Source of the DNA: an uncultured Thermoplasmata archaeon
Lineage (GTDB): Archaea > Thermoplasmatota > Thermoplasmata > Lutacidiplasmatales > UBA184
Assembly (NCBI GenBank): GCA_963696985.1
Contig: CAVOMG010000001.1
Span: forward strand, 299,024 to 363,023
Direction: 5' to 3'
DNA length: 64,000 bases
Shown: positions 1-9,699 of the stretch, piece after piece
Layout: the number at the start of each line of letters is the position of its first letter
How positions within the stretch are numbered: the stretch's first letter is position 1
Translations under genes and position numbers: made by a program
The notes under the pieces: model-generated
Told to the model about the DNA's origin: nothing
Databases searched by the model: none
What the model saw: only the letters and a program-made list of their open reading frames with translations

Positions 1-275
1 CCCGACGATTCTCGACACGTTCCGAGGATGGTGGCGATGAGCACCCTACCCGAGATCCCGGAACCGGCCCATAGTGGCGGACGGAAGATCTCCCTGGGCA
101 CGGCGACACCGCGCGGGTACGGCCACCGCCCCCGGCTCAGCCCGCAGGCCGCGGCGGCCTTCGCCACGATGGTCGATACCGCCCGGGCCCGCGCCGCGAG
201 CGAGGGTCGGACCCTCGTCTACACGGTCCGCTGGCACTAAGCCTTTGCCGGCGCGCCCTCGCGCTGGGCGATGGG

Positions 276-813
276 TCATCGCGTCGGGGTGAGCCATCGC
301 GCCCGCTCGATCCCGGCCTTCGAGAGCTCGTCGGCGCGCTGATTCTCCCCGCGGGGAACCCAGTTGAACCGGACCTCCTCGAACTGGCCGACGAGCGCCG
401 CCAGCCGCTCATGGTAGGCCTTAAGGTGCTCGGCCCGAACCTCGTACTCCCCGCTCATCTGCCGGATGAGAAGCTGGCTGTCCCCGATCGTGACGACGGT
501 CCCCCGGTACCCGCGGGGCTAGCAGGTACTCGAGGGCCCGGATCGCGCCGGTGTACTCCGCGATGTTGTTCGTTGCCCGCTCGGAACCGGGCCTCACCGC
601 GAGCCCGCTCTCCTCGTGGTCGAGCTTCTCCCCGTCGACGGTGAATCCGTAGGCGGCGAACCCGCCGCCCCGGGGGGGCTGGCAGGCCCCGTCGAAATGG
701 ACGGTGACGACCGCCGGGAAGAGCGTCGTCCCCCGGGGGACACGTTCCGCGTCCGCGGACTCGGTCCGCCCCGAAGCGCCGTCGCTCACCGGATCACCTT
801 CCGGACGGTCCAT
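276..813 (-). CDS. rnhA: Ribonuclease HI (type 1 RNase H). Split over two ORFs (276..458 and 421..1197) by a ~1-nt frameshift near 515-525.
   Basis: The motif VHFDGAC...GGGFAAYGF...TNNIAEYTGAIRALEYL continues in the other frame as ...GTVVTIGDSQLLIRQMSGEYEV...ENQRADELSKAG. Joining the two gives a complete RNase H fold. Confidence 0.7.
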
Positions 814-913
814 ACCGGGCCGCGCACGGTATTTGGGGGTGTCGGGGGGTGGGAGATGTTGGGGGAAAAACGAAGCTTGATACCCCTTGACCGCCCATGG
901 TCGAGGCACGGGC

Positions 914-1285
914 ATGGCGAACTCCACGTCCTCCCTGCCACTCGGCGTCGCGATCCTTGCCGTCCTGATCGGCATCTTCGCCTTCATCCTGGTCATCGTC
1001 GGGATCCTCATCCTCCTCGCCGTCGGGCTCGGCGCAGCGGCCGGGGCCGCCGCCTTCGGCGTCTCGACCCTCGGGGGGATCCTGCTCCTGCTCGTCGGGA
1101 TCGTGATATTGGCCGTGGCGAAGGGCCTGTGGGACCAGGAGCTCTGGGCGCTCGTCATCAGCATCATCGCCATCGGCTTCCTGCTCCTCGGCGTCATCGT
1201 CGCGGGGGCACTCTTCTCGCTCGAGGGACTGATCCTCGTCGTGCTGCTGATCTACCTCGCCGTGGTGAACCGCCACTTCCGGTAG
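914..1285 (+). CDS. Small polytopic membrane protein, hypothetical.
   Basis: ORF 887..1285 is strongly hydrophobic (several predicted TM helices, LLLLVGIVILAV). Start chosen at MANSTSS. The long antisense ORF 794..1687(-) is judged spurious. Confidence 0.45.
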   Translation: MANSTSSLPLGVAILAVLIGIFAFILVIVGILILLAVGLGAAAGAAAFGVSTLGGILLLLVGIVILAVAKGLWDQELWALVISIIAIGFLLLGVIVAGALFSLEGLILVVLLIYLAVVNRHFR

Positions 1286-1342
1286 CGGGGCGGCCTCCCG
1301 GCGCCCGTGGGCGTTATAGCCCCGGGGGGCCGACGGTGGGAT

Positions 1343-1807
1343 ATGGCGAACCCGCGCGTGACGCTCAAGACCTCCTTGGGCGACATCGGACTCGAGATCT
1401 ACGAGGACAAGGCCCCGAAGACTTCGGCGAACTTCCTGACCCTCGTCCGCAAGGGGTTCTACAATAATACGACGTTCCATCGCGTCATCCCGGGGTTCAT
1501 GATCCAGGGCGGGGATCCGAAGGGAGACGGTACCGGCGGCCCCGGCTACACCATCCCGGACGAGTTCCACCCGCTCCTCACCCACTCCGAACTCGGGATC
1601 GTCTCGATGGCGAACGCCGGACCGAACACCGGCGGCAGCCAGTTCTTCATCACCCTCGCCGCCACGAACTGGCTCGACCGCAAGCATGCGGTCTTCGGCA
1701 AGGTCGTCTCCGGCCAGGAGGTCGTGGAGAAGATCGGGACGGTCCCGCGCGGGGCCTCCGACCGCCCGACGACCCCGGTCCGCATCGTCTCGGCGACGGT
1801 CGGATGA
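1343..1807 (+). CDS. ppiB: Peptidyl-prolyl cis-trans isomerase, cyclophilin type.
   Basis: Cyclophilin signature FHRVIPGFMIQGGDP...GTGGPGY...LSMANAGPNTGGSQFFIT. Start at MANPRVTL. Confidence 0.9.
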   Translation: MANPRVTLKTSLGDIGLEIYEDKAPKTSANFLTLVRKGFYNNTTFHRVIPGFMIQGGDPKGDGTGGPGYTIPDEFHPLLTHSELGIVSMANAGPNTGGSQFFITLAATNWLDRKHAVFGKVVSGQEVVEKIGTVPRGASDRPTTPVRIVSATVG

Positions 1808-1814
1808 ACCCGGT

Positions 1815-2294
1815 TCACGCCGGGAAGTCGAACGGGTAGCGCTGCGCCGGCCGGAACGCGTCCCCCGCCGTGGTGACGAGCGCCCTGACGAGCTGGAAGG
1901 TCGGCACGACCACGGCGATCAGGACGAGCTCAGAGAACGTGACCGTGATCGTCGCCCCCTGGTAGGCGATCACTCCCGTCGCCCGCTCGGAGAGCCAGAC
2001 GAGGTAGCCGATCGCGGCCGACGCGTACACCGCGAGGACCGGCCCGTACGCCCGGGTCGGCTTCGCGACGTAGGTGAGGAATGAGAGCACCAGGAGGCCG
2101 AGCCCGAGGAGCACGACCCCTCCGAGCGGGAACGGCTCCGGGACCCCGAGGGTGGATGAGACGCGGTCCGCCACATACGGCCAGCCGAGGTAGAACAGCC
2201 CCGCCGGGATCGATCGGATCACTCCCCAGGCGATCCGCGCGCCGACCGTGGGGAGCCGGTAGGTGCGCGGGTCGGGAGGCACGTAGCCGCTCAT
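1815..2294 (-). CDS. Membrane protein, hypothetical. Second gene of a two-gene operon.
   Basis: Hydrophobic ORF. Its ATG at 2294 overlaps the stop of the upstream gene (ATGA overlap at 2291-2294). Confidence 0.5.
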   Translation of the reverse strand: MSGYVPPDPRTYRLPTVGARIAWGVIRSIPAGLFYLGWPYVADRVSSTLGVPEPFPLGGVVLLGLGLLVLSFLTYVAKPTRAYGPVLAVYASAAIGYLVWLSERATGVIAYQGATITVTFSELVLIAVVVPTFQLVRALVTTAGDAFRPAQRYPFDFPA

Positions 2295-3097
2295 GGGAAC
2301 GGCTCCGTGGCGACCGGAAGGTTCCAGGGACCCCCGCTGAAGCGGAGGGTGATCGAGTGGACCGACGAGGCGCACGCGGAGGGGAGGTAGACCTCCGAGC
2401 CTCCCTGGAACCCCGAGTGAGCCCCGACCGCGACGGGGAACGCCCCGCCCCCGCATTCGGCGCCTCCGGCGACGACGACCTGGTAGTCCACGGTGCCGTC
2501 GATGGCGAACGGGGCGTCATCGGTGAACGACACCGTGAACGGGACCCCGGTGGTCCCGTTCCCGTAGACCGTGGGCGACCCCGCCGTCGTGGCGAGGTTC
2601 GCGAACGGCGCACCCCAAGAGTAGTTCCGGGGGATTGTCAGCGCGATCGCGTAGACCTGGGCGTAGGTCGCATTGACCCAGGCCCACCCAGGGAGGACGA
2701 GGTCATGGGTCATCAGCTCGGCATCGACCGTGGGATCGATCGGGATGCGCAGGGTGATCGTGAGCGCTCCGACCGAACGGGGCGGGACCGTGACGACCGG
2801 GGATCCACCCGCCGCCAGGAGGGCGCCCGCGGCCCCGGGCATCCAGACCGCCGTAGAGACCTGGAGGGCGTCCACGGCGAAATACCCCGGATTCGAGACC
2901 GCAACGTTCGCCTGGAGTAGGAAGGTGTCGTTCGGTCCCTGGGAAGCGGTCGCCATCGGACCCGAGGAGGGCTCGGGACGTAGCTGGGAGGCCGAATAGA
3001 CCGAAAGCCCGGCGAACACCGCGATCCCCGCAATCGCCACCACCGAGAGGATCGCGAAGACCCGGGACACCACGAGCCACCCGGGACGTTTCGTCAT
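2291..3097 (-). CDS. Exported or membrane-anchored protein with N-terminal TM/signal anchor and several N-glycosylation sequons (NDT, NAT, NYS, NGT).
   Basis: N-terminal hydrophobic segment VFAILSVVAIAGIAVFAGL, then a Ser/Thr/Gly-rich domain. Translationally coupled to the downstream membrane protein. Confidence 0.55.
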   Translation of the reverse strand: MTKRPGWLVVSRVFAILSVVAIAGIAVFAGLSVYSASQLRPEPSSGPMATASQGPNDTFLLQANVAVSNPGYFAVDALQVSTAVWMPGAAGALLAAGGSPVVTVPPRSVGALTITLRIPIDPTVDAELMTHDLVLPGWAWVNATYAQVYAIALTIPRNYSWGAPFANLATTAGSPTVYGNGTTGVPFTVSFTDDAPFAIDGTVDYQVVVAGGAECGGGAFPVAVGAHSGFQGGSEVYLPSACASSVHSITLRFSGGPWNLPVATEPFP

Positions 3098-3303
3098 GGG
3101 ATGGCAAAGTATCTGGTCGGCCCCAGTAGAAAAAGGGGGGCCAAGGAGATCGTGTTCGTGGGTTTCACCGGTCAGCGGGGCCCGTCCAGTGGGGCCGCCC
3201 CCAGAGCTTGCGGGTGGTCGAGGGCGGGGGGAAATACGACGAAAATCGTCGCGATTATCCGAAAACCGGTAACCCTTAAGAAGCGGCGGGACTCGCGGCG
3301 GTC

Positions 3304-4344
3304 GTGCCGATCGCGGGTACCTACACCGCCATTGTTACCCCCACCGTCGGCCGGGGCGACGTCGACGACGGGGCGTTCCGGGCGCTCCTGCGTTGGCAGC
3401 AGGAGTCCGGCGTCGAGGGCGTCGTGATCGGCGGCACTACCGGCGAATCGCCGACGCTGACCGAGGGCGAGCTCGTCCGGCTTTTCACGATCGCCCGCGA
3501 GGAGCTCCCCTCGAAGGTCGACGTGGTGGCGGCGACCGGGCGCAACCACCTCGTCGGGTCGATGGTCCTCACCCAGGCGGCCGCGGACCTCGGCATCCAC
3601 AACGTCCTATTGGTCGATCCCTACTACAATGGACCGAGCTCCCTCGAGATCCGACGCGAGTACCTCGAGCCGATCGCCACGCGGTTCCCGGAGCTCGGGC
3701 TCATTCCGTATGTGATCCCCGGGCGGACAGGTACCCGGCTCGACCCGGTCGATCTCCAGCGGATGGTCGTCGAAGGTCGCCGGATCGTCGGTGTGAAGGA
3801 CGCGACCGGGGAGGAGGAATTCGGGCGGGAGCTTCGTCGGCGCACCCCCAAACTCTCGATCGTCTCTGGGGACGACCCTCGGACGGTGCCGATGATGCTC
3901 GATCCCCACGTCCGCGCCTCTGGGGTCATTTCCGTCACCTCGAACCTCGTTCCCCGCGCGGTCCGCGAGATGGTCGACCGGGCGCGGTCAGGCGAACCCG
4001 AAGAGGCCAAAACCCGCGCCGCCCGGTTGCGCCCGCTCTTCGATTCGGTGACCCTCCGATCGAGCGAGGCTGGCCCAGCCGGAGAACTCGTGCCGGTCCG
4101 CAGCCGCAATCCGGTCCCGGTGAAGACCGCGCTCGCGCTCCTGGGCGTCCCCGTCGGGGAGTGTCGCCCGCCTCTAGGTCGGCTTGGTCCGGCCGGGGTG
4201 GCCCAGCTCGTCGCGGTCCTCCAGACGGTCCATCGGGAGGACCCGAGCACGTTCCGACCGATCGAGGAGTCGTTCGCTGTCGATATTGGTAAACGCCTCG
4301 CCGACCGTTCGCTCGCGAAGGGACTCGCATATGCCGCCTGGTAG
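3304..4344 (+). CDS. dapA: 4-hydroxy-tetrahydrodipicolinate synthase (DapA family).
   Basis: TAIVTP...GVVIGGTTGES...Y.NP motifs of the DapA/NAL family. GTG start. First gene of the lysine operon. Confidence 0.85.
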   Translation: MPIAGTYTAIVTPTVGRGDVDDGAFRALLRWQQESGVEGVVIGGTTGESPTLTEGELVRLFTIAREELPSKVDVVAATGRNHLVGSMVLTQAAADLGIHNVLLVDPYYNGPSSLEIRREYLEPIATRFPELGLIPYVIPGRTGTRLDPVDLQRMVVEGRRIVGVKDATGEEEFGRELRRRTPKLSIVSGDDPRTVPMMLDPHVRASGVISVTSNLVPRAVREMVDRARSGEPEEAKTRAARLRPLFDSVTLRSSEAGPAGELVPVRSRNPVPVKTALALLGVPVGECRPPLGRLGPAGVAQLVAVLQTVHREDPSTFRPIEESFAVDIGKRLADRSLAKGLAYAAW

Positions 4345-5158
4345 GTCCGTCCGGCCGACGCGGGGGCGGTCTCGGGATCGCCCTGCTGAGCTGCGGATCG
4401 TCGTCGCCGGCGCGGCTGGTCGACTTGGGCGCGCGATCCTCCGGAGCGCGGCCTCGCACGGCCTCATCGTGGTGGGGTCGGTCGACCGGGTCTCGCAGCC
4501 CGCTCATGGAAGCCTTCCGAGGATCGATCGTGCGACCCCCGCAAACCTCCAACGATTGCTCTCAGGGGCGGAGGTCTTCCTGTCGGCGACGACGCCGGCC
4601 GCAGAGCGTGCGAACTTGCCGATGGTCGCGCGGGCCTCGGTCCCCGCCGTGGTGGCGACCACCGGGATCGGCCCTCCGGTCCCGGCTTGGCTTCGGGCCT
4701 GCGCCGACCAGATCCCGATCGTCCTCGACTCGAACTTCTCGATCGGGATGGGGATCCTGAGAGCGGCGGTTCGGTCGATCGGTCCGCTTCCGGACGGATT
4801 CGACGTGTCGATCGTCGAAGCCCATCGTCGGGAGAAGGCGGACCACCCGTCCGGGACAGCCCGCAGCCTCTCGGGCGACCTCGCCCAGTCGGGGGCGACG
4901 GGCTGGGAGGGGGCGCGCGGACGCCGGACACCGGGTCGGGTAGAGATCGCTTCGCTCCGGGGCGGTGAGACCCCCGGGATCCACGTGGTCCAGATCGCGG
5001 GCCCGTCGGAGCTCGTGCGTTTCGAGCACCTTGCCTACGGACGGGAGACGTTCTCCGAGGGAATGGTCCGCGCGGCCGAATGGCTCCGTGCGGCGCCCCG
5101 CGGGCGGCCGCCTGGGCTTTACACCCTACAGGACGTGCTGGGGGAAAGGGTTCGATGA
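4331..5158 (+). CDS. dapB: 4-hydroxy-tetrahydrodipicolinate reductase (DapB).
   Basis: LRIVVAGAAGRLGRAI Rossmann fold and the EAHRREKADHPSGTA motif (DapB E-x-H-H-x-x-K-x-D-x-P-SGTA). Overlaps the dapA stop. The start may be a few codons downstream. Confidence 0.85.
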   Translation: MPPGRSVRPTRGRSRDRPAELRIVVAGAAGRLGRAILRSAASHGLIVVGSVDRVSQPAHGSLPRIDRATPANLQRLLSGAEVFLSATTPAAERANLPMVARASVPAVVATTGIGPPVPAWLRACADQIPIVLDSNFSIGMGILRAAVRSIGPLPDGFDVSIVEAHRREKADHPSGTARSLSGDLAQSGATGWEGARGRRTPGRVEIASLRGGETPGIHVVQIAGPSELVRFEHLAYGRETFSEGMVRAAEWLRAAPRGRPPGLYTLQDVLGERVR

Positions 5159-6336
5159 GCGCCTCGCCCCGTCGACTGGTGGTCAAGTTTGGCGGCTCGG
5201 TCCTCACGGACGGCGCCGCCGTCGCGGAGGCGGCCCGTCTCCTCATCGAAGCCCCCGCCGAGGAACGGCTCGCCGTGGTCAGCGCCCCCCAGGGGATGAC
5301 CGACCAGCTCCTCCGGTTCGTCGATGAGGTCCCGCATCCGATCGATCCGTCCGAAGAGGCGAACCTCGTCGCGTTCGGCGAGCGGATCAGCGCGCGCCTG
5401 TTCACGGCGATCCTGAAGAGCCGCGGTGTCCCGGTCCGCCTCCTCGAGCCGGAGGATCCGGACTGGCCGATCCGCACGCGCGGCGGCAGCGTCGGAGCCG
5501 AGATCGATCCGGGGCCCTCGAGGGAACGGGCGAACGCGGTCCTGCGCCCGCTCCTGAAGGATCACGTCGTCGTCATCTGCGGGTTCCTCGGCCGGGAGGG
5601 CGGTCGGGTGACGACCCTTCGAAGGGGCGGGAGCGACACGAGCGCTCTCGCTCTCGGTGCGTTCCTCGAAGCGACGGATGTCGTTCTTGTCAAGGATGTT
5701 CCCGGCGTCCTCTCGGCCGATCCTCGGGTCGTGCCGGAAGCCCGGAAGCTCCCCGAGGTGAGCGCCGGGGACCTCGCCGAGCTCGTCCGCTCCGGCTCCT
5801 CCATCGTGGCGCGGGAGGCTCTCGAGTACCTCAATGCGGGCCCTCGGGTCAAAGTGATCCCGCTCGGTCCGCCCCTTCTGGACTCGGCCGGAACCTGGGT
5901 TCGCCCGGGCCCGCTCGATCGCGCGCCGCCCGGACCGACCGCCGATCGAGCGGCGGCGGGTTCGGTGACGGTCGTACACGATCTGGGAAGCGACGGCCTA
6001 GGCGTCCTCGGGCGCGAGATCTCGAACCGGCTTTGGCTCGGACTCTCCGCCACTCCGAATTCGATCACCGTCTATCTGCCCGAGCCCGAGGTGGTTCCTC
6101 TGGTTCGATCTCTTCACGCCACCGGGGCGTTCACGGCGATCACGAGCCGCACCGGGCTCTCCGTGCGAGTCGATCGATCCTCGTCGGCCATCGATCGGCC
6201 GGGGCCGGCACCTGCGGGACCCGGCGGCGAGGTCGTCGGAGCATTCGAGTCGGCGGGGCTGGTCCATTGGGTCGTCGAGCCCGGACTGAAGGAGCCGGCC
6301 GTTCCCCGCGCGGTCGGTTCGGGAACCCCGGCATGA
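5155..6336 (+). CDS. lysC: Aspartate kinase.
   Basis: VVKFGGSVL N-terminal kinase motif, amino-acid kinase fold, and a C-terminal regulatory region. ATGA overlap with dapB. Confidence 0.85.
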   Translation: MSASPRRLVVKFGGSVLTDGAAVAEAARLLIEAPAEERLAVVSAPQGMTDQLLRFVDEVPHPIDPSEEANLVAFGERISARLFTAILKSRGVPVRLLEPEDPDWPIRTRGGSVGAEIDPGPSRERANAVLRPLLKDHVVVICGFLGREGGRVTTLRRGGSDTSALALGAFLEATDVVLVKDVPGVLSADPRVVPEARKLPEVSAGDLAELVRSGSSIVAREALEYLNAGPRVKVIPLGPPLLDSAGTWVRPGPLDRAPPGPTADRAAAGSVTVVHDLGSDGLGVLGREISNRLWLGLSATPNSITVYLPEPEVVPLVRSLHATGAFTAITSRTGLSVRVDRSSSAIDRPGPAPAGPGGEVVGAFESAGLVHWVVEPGLKEPAVPRAVGSGTPA

Positions 6337-7668
6337 GCGTCCGAGCGGACCGCGCGGTCCCGTTGCCCCCTCCGTTCACCGTCGGACCGGACGGGAGAGC
6401 GCTCGAGGGGCTTCGGCTCGACGAACTCGCCGACCGGTTCGGGACGCCGCTCTACGTCACCAGCGAACAGCGCATCCGCGAGAACGCCCGCCGGTTCCTC
6501 GCCGCGTTCCGGTCGGCTTGGCCGAACTACCGCCTCTTGTACGCCCTGAAGGCGAACCCGAACCCGGCAATCGTTCGAATCCTCCGTTCCGAAGGACTCG
6601 GGGCCGACTGCTCGTCCCCGGCCGAGATCCGCATCGCCCGGGAGGCCGGCGTCCCTCCCGCCGAGTCGCTCTACACGGGCGCGTATCCGTCCGACGCGGA
6701 GCTCACGTATGCCCTCGAGGCCGGCGTACCGGTGAACCTCGACGATGACGCTTTGCTCGCGCGGCTGGACCGACTCGGATGGCCGAACACCCTCTCCTTC
6801 CGGATCAACCCCGGCCGGACCGAGAGCGGCCCGGAAGGCCTTCGATTCGCGGGCCGCGGGGCGAAGTTCGGGATCCCCCTCGCCCGGGCGATCTCAGGGT
6901 TCAGGAAGGCGAAGCGGGCCGGGGTCGCCCACTTCGGCCTGCACACGATGCCGGGCTCGAACGTCCTGAGGCCTGAGCACTTCGCCCTCGTCGGACGGTT
7001 CCTCGGTGGAGCGTACCGACGGGTCGAGCGCGACGCCGGGGTCCGGCTCGACTTCATGGATGCCGGCGGCGGGTTCGGCGTCCCGTACCGCCCCAACGAA
7101 CCGACCCTCGACCTCGACCGGGTCGCACGCGGTCTCGTGGCGGGGCTTCTGGAGCGCCTTGGCCCCGACCTCGAATCGCCCCCGATGCTCTGCAACGAGC
7201 CCGGGCGCTATCTCGTCGCCGACAGCACCGTCCTCCTCACGCGCGTCACCCACGTCAAGGAAGGGCGACCGCTCCTGGTGGGGGTCGACGCGGGCATGCA
7301 GACCCTGCTTCGACCCGCCCTGTACCAAGCGTACCATCCGGTCCATCCGGTGCGGGGCTCTCGCGGGCCCATCCGAACGATGAACCTGGTCGGACCCGTC
7401 TGCGAGAACACGGACGTGCTGGCCCGAGACCGGCACCTCCGGACGCCCAAGGTCGGCGACCTCTACGCGATCGGGAACGCCGGGGCGTACGGTTTCTCGA
7501 TGTCGAGCCAGGTACAATACCCGCCCTCGGCCCGCGGAGCTCTTGGTGACCAACGGCCGGGCGATCGTGATCCGGTCGGCCGAGTCGTTCGACGACTTGG
7601 TGCGCCACGTCGAGTTGCCCGACCATCTCGCGGGGCCAAGGGTCGCCGCGAGGGGCCGGGGCGAATGA
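6333..7668 (+). CDS. lysA: Diaminopimelate decarboxylase (PLP fold type III). Frame changes by +1 near 7512, so the annotated long ORF 6033..8825 reads through into the next gene.
   Basis: LYALKANPNPAIV, GGGFGVPY, CENTDVLA, GAYGFSMSS motifs. The true C-terminus ...[32 protein letters not shown]... is found in the +1 frame and ends at TGA 7666-7668, overlapping the dapL ATG (7665). Confidence 0.8.
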
Positions 7669-8825
7669 TGGAGGCTCCGCGCTCCCGGGCCCTCGCCCGC
7701 CTGCCGCCGTATCCTTTCGCGCTCCTCGAACAGAAGGCAAGCGCCGCCGAGGGCCGGCGCCGGGTCCTCCGGTTTGCGATCGGCGACCCCGACCAGTCGC
7801 CGCCGTCCTCCCTCGTCGAGGCCGCCCTCGGTGCGATGCGAACCCCGGGGGGAACCGGGTACTCCTCGAGCCGCGGGGAGCCCGAGCTCCGGGGGGCGTT
7901 CGCCGAATGGTTCCAAAAGAGGTTCGGCGTATCGGTCGACCCCGCTCGGGAGGTCGCCGTGCTCCTCGGCTCGAAGGAGGGACTCGCGGGCCTCCCGCGC
8001 GCCCTCCTCGATCCGGGAGCCCGGGTGATCGTGCCGGACCCGGGGTACCCCGCCTATGAGAACGCGGTCCGGCTCGCCCGGATGCGCCCGGTCCGGCTCC
8101 CCCTCGACCCCGAACGTGGATGGCGGCCAATGTGGGACCGCTGGCCCTCCGGCGGCTCGCTCGTCTACCTCAACTATCCCAACAACCCCACGGGAGCCGT
8201 CGTGGGGCGGGATGATCTCGCCGAGAGCCTCGATCGGGTCCGCGACGCGCACGCCACGCTCGCCTACGACAACGCCTACTCTGAGCTCACGTTCGGGGGA
8301 ACACCGGCACCTTCGATCCTCGAGCTCCCGGGAGCCCGCGAGGTGGCCGTGGAGTTCCATTCGCTCTCGAAGACGCTCGGGATCCCCGGATGGCGGATCG
8401 GCTTCGCGGTCGGGAACGCGGAGCGGGTGGCCGCTCTCACCGACCTCAAGAGCCATTCAGACTCGGGGGCAGCGCGACCGCTCCAGCAAGCGGCCGCCCA
8501 GCTGCTCCGAGAGTACGGCGCGGAGGGCTGGCCCGTGGAAGTGCGCACGGCCCTCGACGAATACGGAGGCCGCCTTCGGACGCTCGCCGAGGGCCTCACG
8601 GAGGTCGGCTGGCCCGTCGAAGAGCCGCGGGGCACGCTCTACCTCTGGCAACGGGTCCCCCGGGGGGACGGCGCCCGGTTTGCCGAAACGCTCCTCGAGA
8701 AGTACGGGATCCTGGTCACCCCGGGCGGGGCGTTCGGCCGCGGGGGCCGGCGCTACATCCGATGGGCGGTGACCGCGCCGCACGAAGACCTCGCCGAGGC
8801 CCTCGATCGGCTACGAGCGAACTGA
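7665..8825 (+). CDS. dapL: Class I aminotransferase, most likely LL-diaminopimelate aminotransferase (DapL) given the operon context.
   Basis: Fold type I PLP aminotransferase motifs (NYPNNPTG, SLSKTLGIPGWRIG). Last gene of the dapA-dapB-lysC-lysA operon. Confidence 0.7.
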   Translation: MMEAPRSRALARLPPYPFALLEQKASAAEGRRRVLRFAIGDPDQSPPSSLVEAALGAMRTPGGTGYSSSRGEPELRGAFAEWFQKRFGVSVDPAREVAVLLGSKEGLAGLPRALLDPGARVIVPDPGYPAYENAVRLARMRPVRLPLDPERGWRPMWDRWPSGGSLVYLNYPNNPTGAVVGRDDLAESLDRVRDAHATLAYDNAYSELTFGGTPAPSILELPGAREVAVEFHSLSKTLGIPGWRIGFAVGNAERVAALTDLKSHSDSGAARPLQQAAAQLLREYGAEGWPVEVRTALDEYGGRLRTLAEGLTEVGWPVEEPRGTLYLWQRVPRGDGARFAETLLEKYGILVTPGGAFGRGGRRYIRWAVTAPHEDLAEALDRLRAN

Positions 8826-8832
8826 AAGGACG

Positions 8833-9333
8833 CTACAAACGCCGGAGACGATCGCGTTCCCCCGGGGCGGAGGCCCGGCGAGGGACGCCCGGGCCACCGG
8901 AAGTGTCCCAGTGGCGCGTGGTATCCGGGGGCCGAACGGTTCGGGTCAGGCGAACCAGGGTGACCGTCGAGACGACCCCGTCCAGGGAGCGGATGCGGTC
9001 GAGCTCGGCGTTGAACCGCTCCATGGTGGGTTGCTCGATCACTGCCCCGAGGTCGAACTCGCCGCTCGTTTCGAAGACCTCCGTCGCCTTCGTCTGTAGG
9101 GAGCGCAGGATCTCGGGCGTGCGGCCCGGGCGGCACCGTACGAGGATGACCCCCTCGGGGCCGAGCGGTTGGGTCACGACGGTGTACCGGACGATCGTCC
9201 CGTCGGAGCGGAGCCGGCGGATCCTCCGGCGGACGGCGGCTTCGGTGAGGCCCACCGATGTTCCGATCTCGGCGTTCGTCGATGAGGCGTCCTCGCGAAG
9301 TCGCTGGAGGATCGTCCGGTCGATGTCGTCCAT
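8833..9333 (-). CDS. lrp: Lrp/AsnC-family transcriptional regulator.
   Basis: N-terminal HTH (DDIDRTILQRLREDASSTNAEIGTSVGLTEAAVRRRIRRL) plus RAM/ASNC domain. Lies immediately downstream of, and convergent with, the lysine operon. Confidence 0.8.
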   Translation of the reverse strand: MDDIDRTILQRLREDASSTNAEIGTSVGLTEAAVRRRIRRLRSDGTIVRYTVVTQPLGPEGVILVRCRPGRTPEILRSLQTKATEVFETSGEFDLGAVIEQPTMERFNAELDRIRSLDGVVSTVTLVRLTRTVRPPDTTRHWDTSGGPGVPRRASAPGERDRLRRL

Positions 9334-9358
9334 GGGTCTCCGGCGGGGCTGAACCCCA

Positions 9359-9679
9359 CTACCGCAGGGTCAGAGGGCGATGGCGGCGGTCGCCCGAGGG
9401 TCCCACCGCCATCCTTCTCGTCGGATCCCGCTCGGTCAGCCTCTTGATGGCCGAGATGTTCGCCTCTCGGAGGGCCTGCTTCTCCTTGTCGTTGAGGTCG
9501 TGCATGTGGACGGAGACGGTGATCGTGCCGTTCAACTCGAGGCCCAGCGGGGTCCCCTTCCAGTCCAACGCGACGTGTCGCATCCGGATATCGAGCTGGC
9601 CCTGCTTGTCCGTCAATGCTCGCAGGACCTCTCCTACCATCGCGCCTGCCATATCCCAGTGCTCGTGTTCGCCCGCCAT
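9359..9679 (-). CDS. Hypothetical small protein (~100 aa).
   Basis: ORF with protein-like composition (HMHDLNDKEKQALREANISAIKRL). No family recognised. Confidence 0.4.
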   Translation of the reverse strand: MAGEHEHWDMAGAMVGEVLRALTDKQGQLDIRMRHVALDWKGTPLGLELNGTITVSVHMHDLNDKEKQALREANISAIKRLTERDPTRRMAVGPSGDRRHRPLTLR

Positions 9680-9699
9680 GTATCGACCTGAGCTCTCCC

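Noticed and set aside
28-240. 70-aa ORF at the 5' edge (…TLVYTVRWH) as the C-terminus of a gene starting before the window.
   Set aside because: No recognisable domain and Ala/Arg/Pro-rich. It cannot be distinguished from a noise ORF with the window truncated at position 1.
794-1687. Long ORF (297 aa) on the minus strand overlapping the cyclophilin and membrane-protein genes.
   Set aside because: Asp/Glu/Arg/Pro-rich low-complexity translation typical of antisense shadow ORFs in high-GC DNA. Overlaps two well-supported genes.
3098-3303. Possible lysine riboswitch upstream of dapA.
   Set aside because: Lysine riboswitches are essentially bacterial. No L-box-like conserved elements were recognised. 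The region more likely holds a simple divergent promoter. Left unconfirmed rather than claimed.
6894-8456. 520-aa ORF antisense to lysA/dapL, and the similar 7255..8130 ORF.
   Set aside because: Opposite strand of strongly supported conserved genes. R/G/P-rich composition and no motifs.
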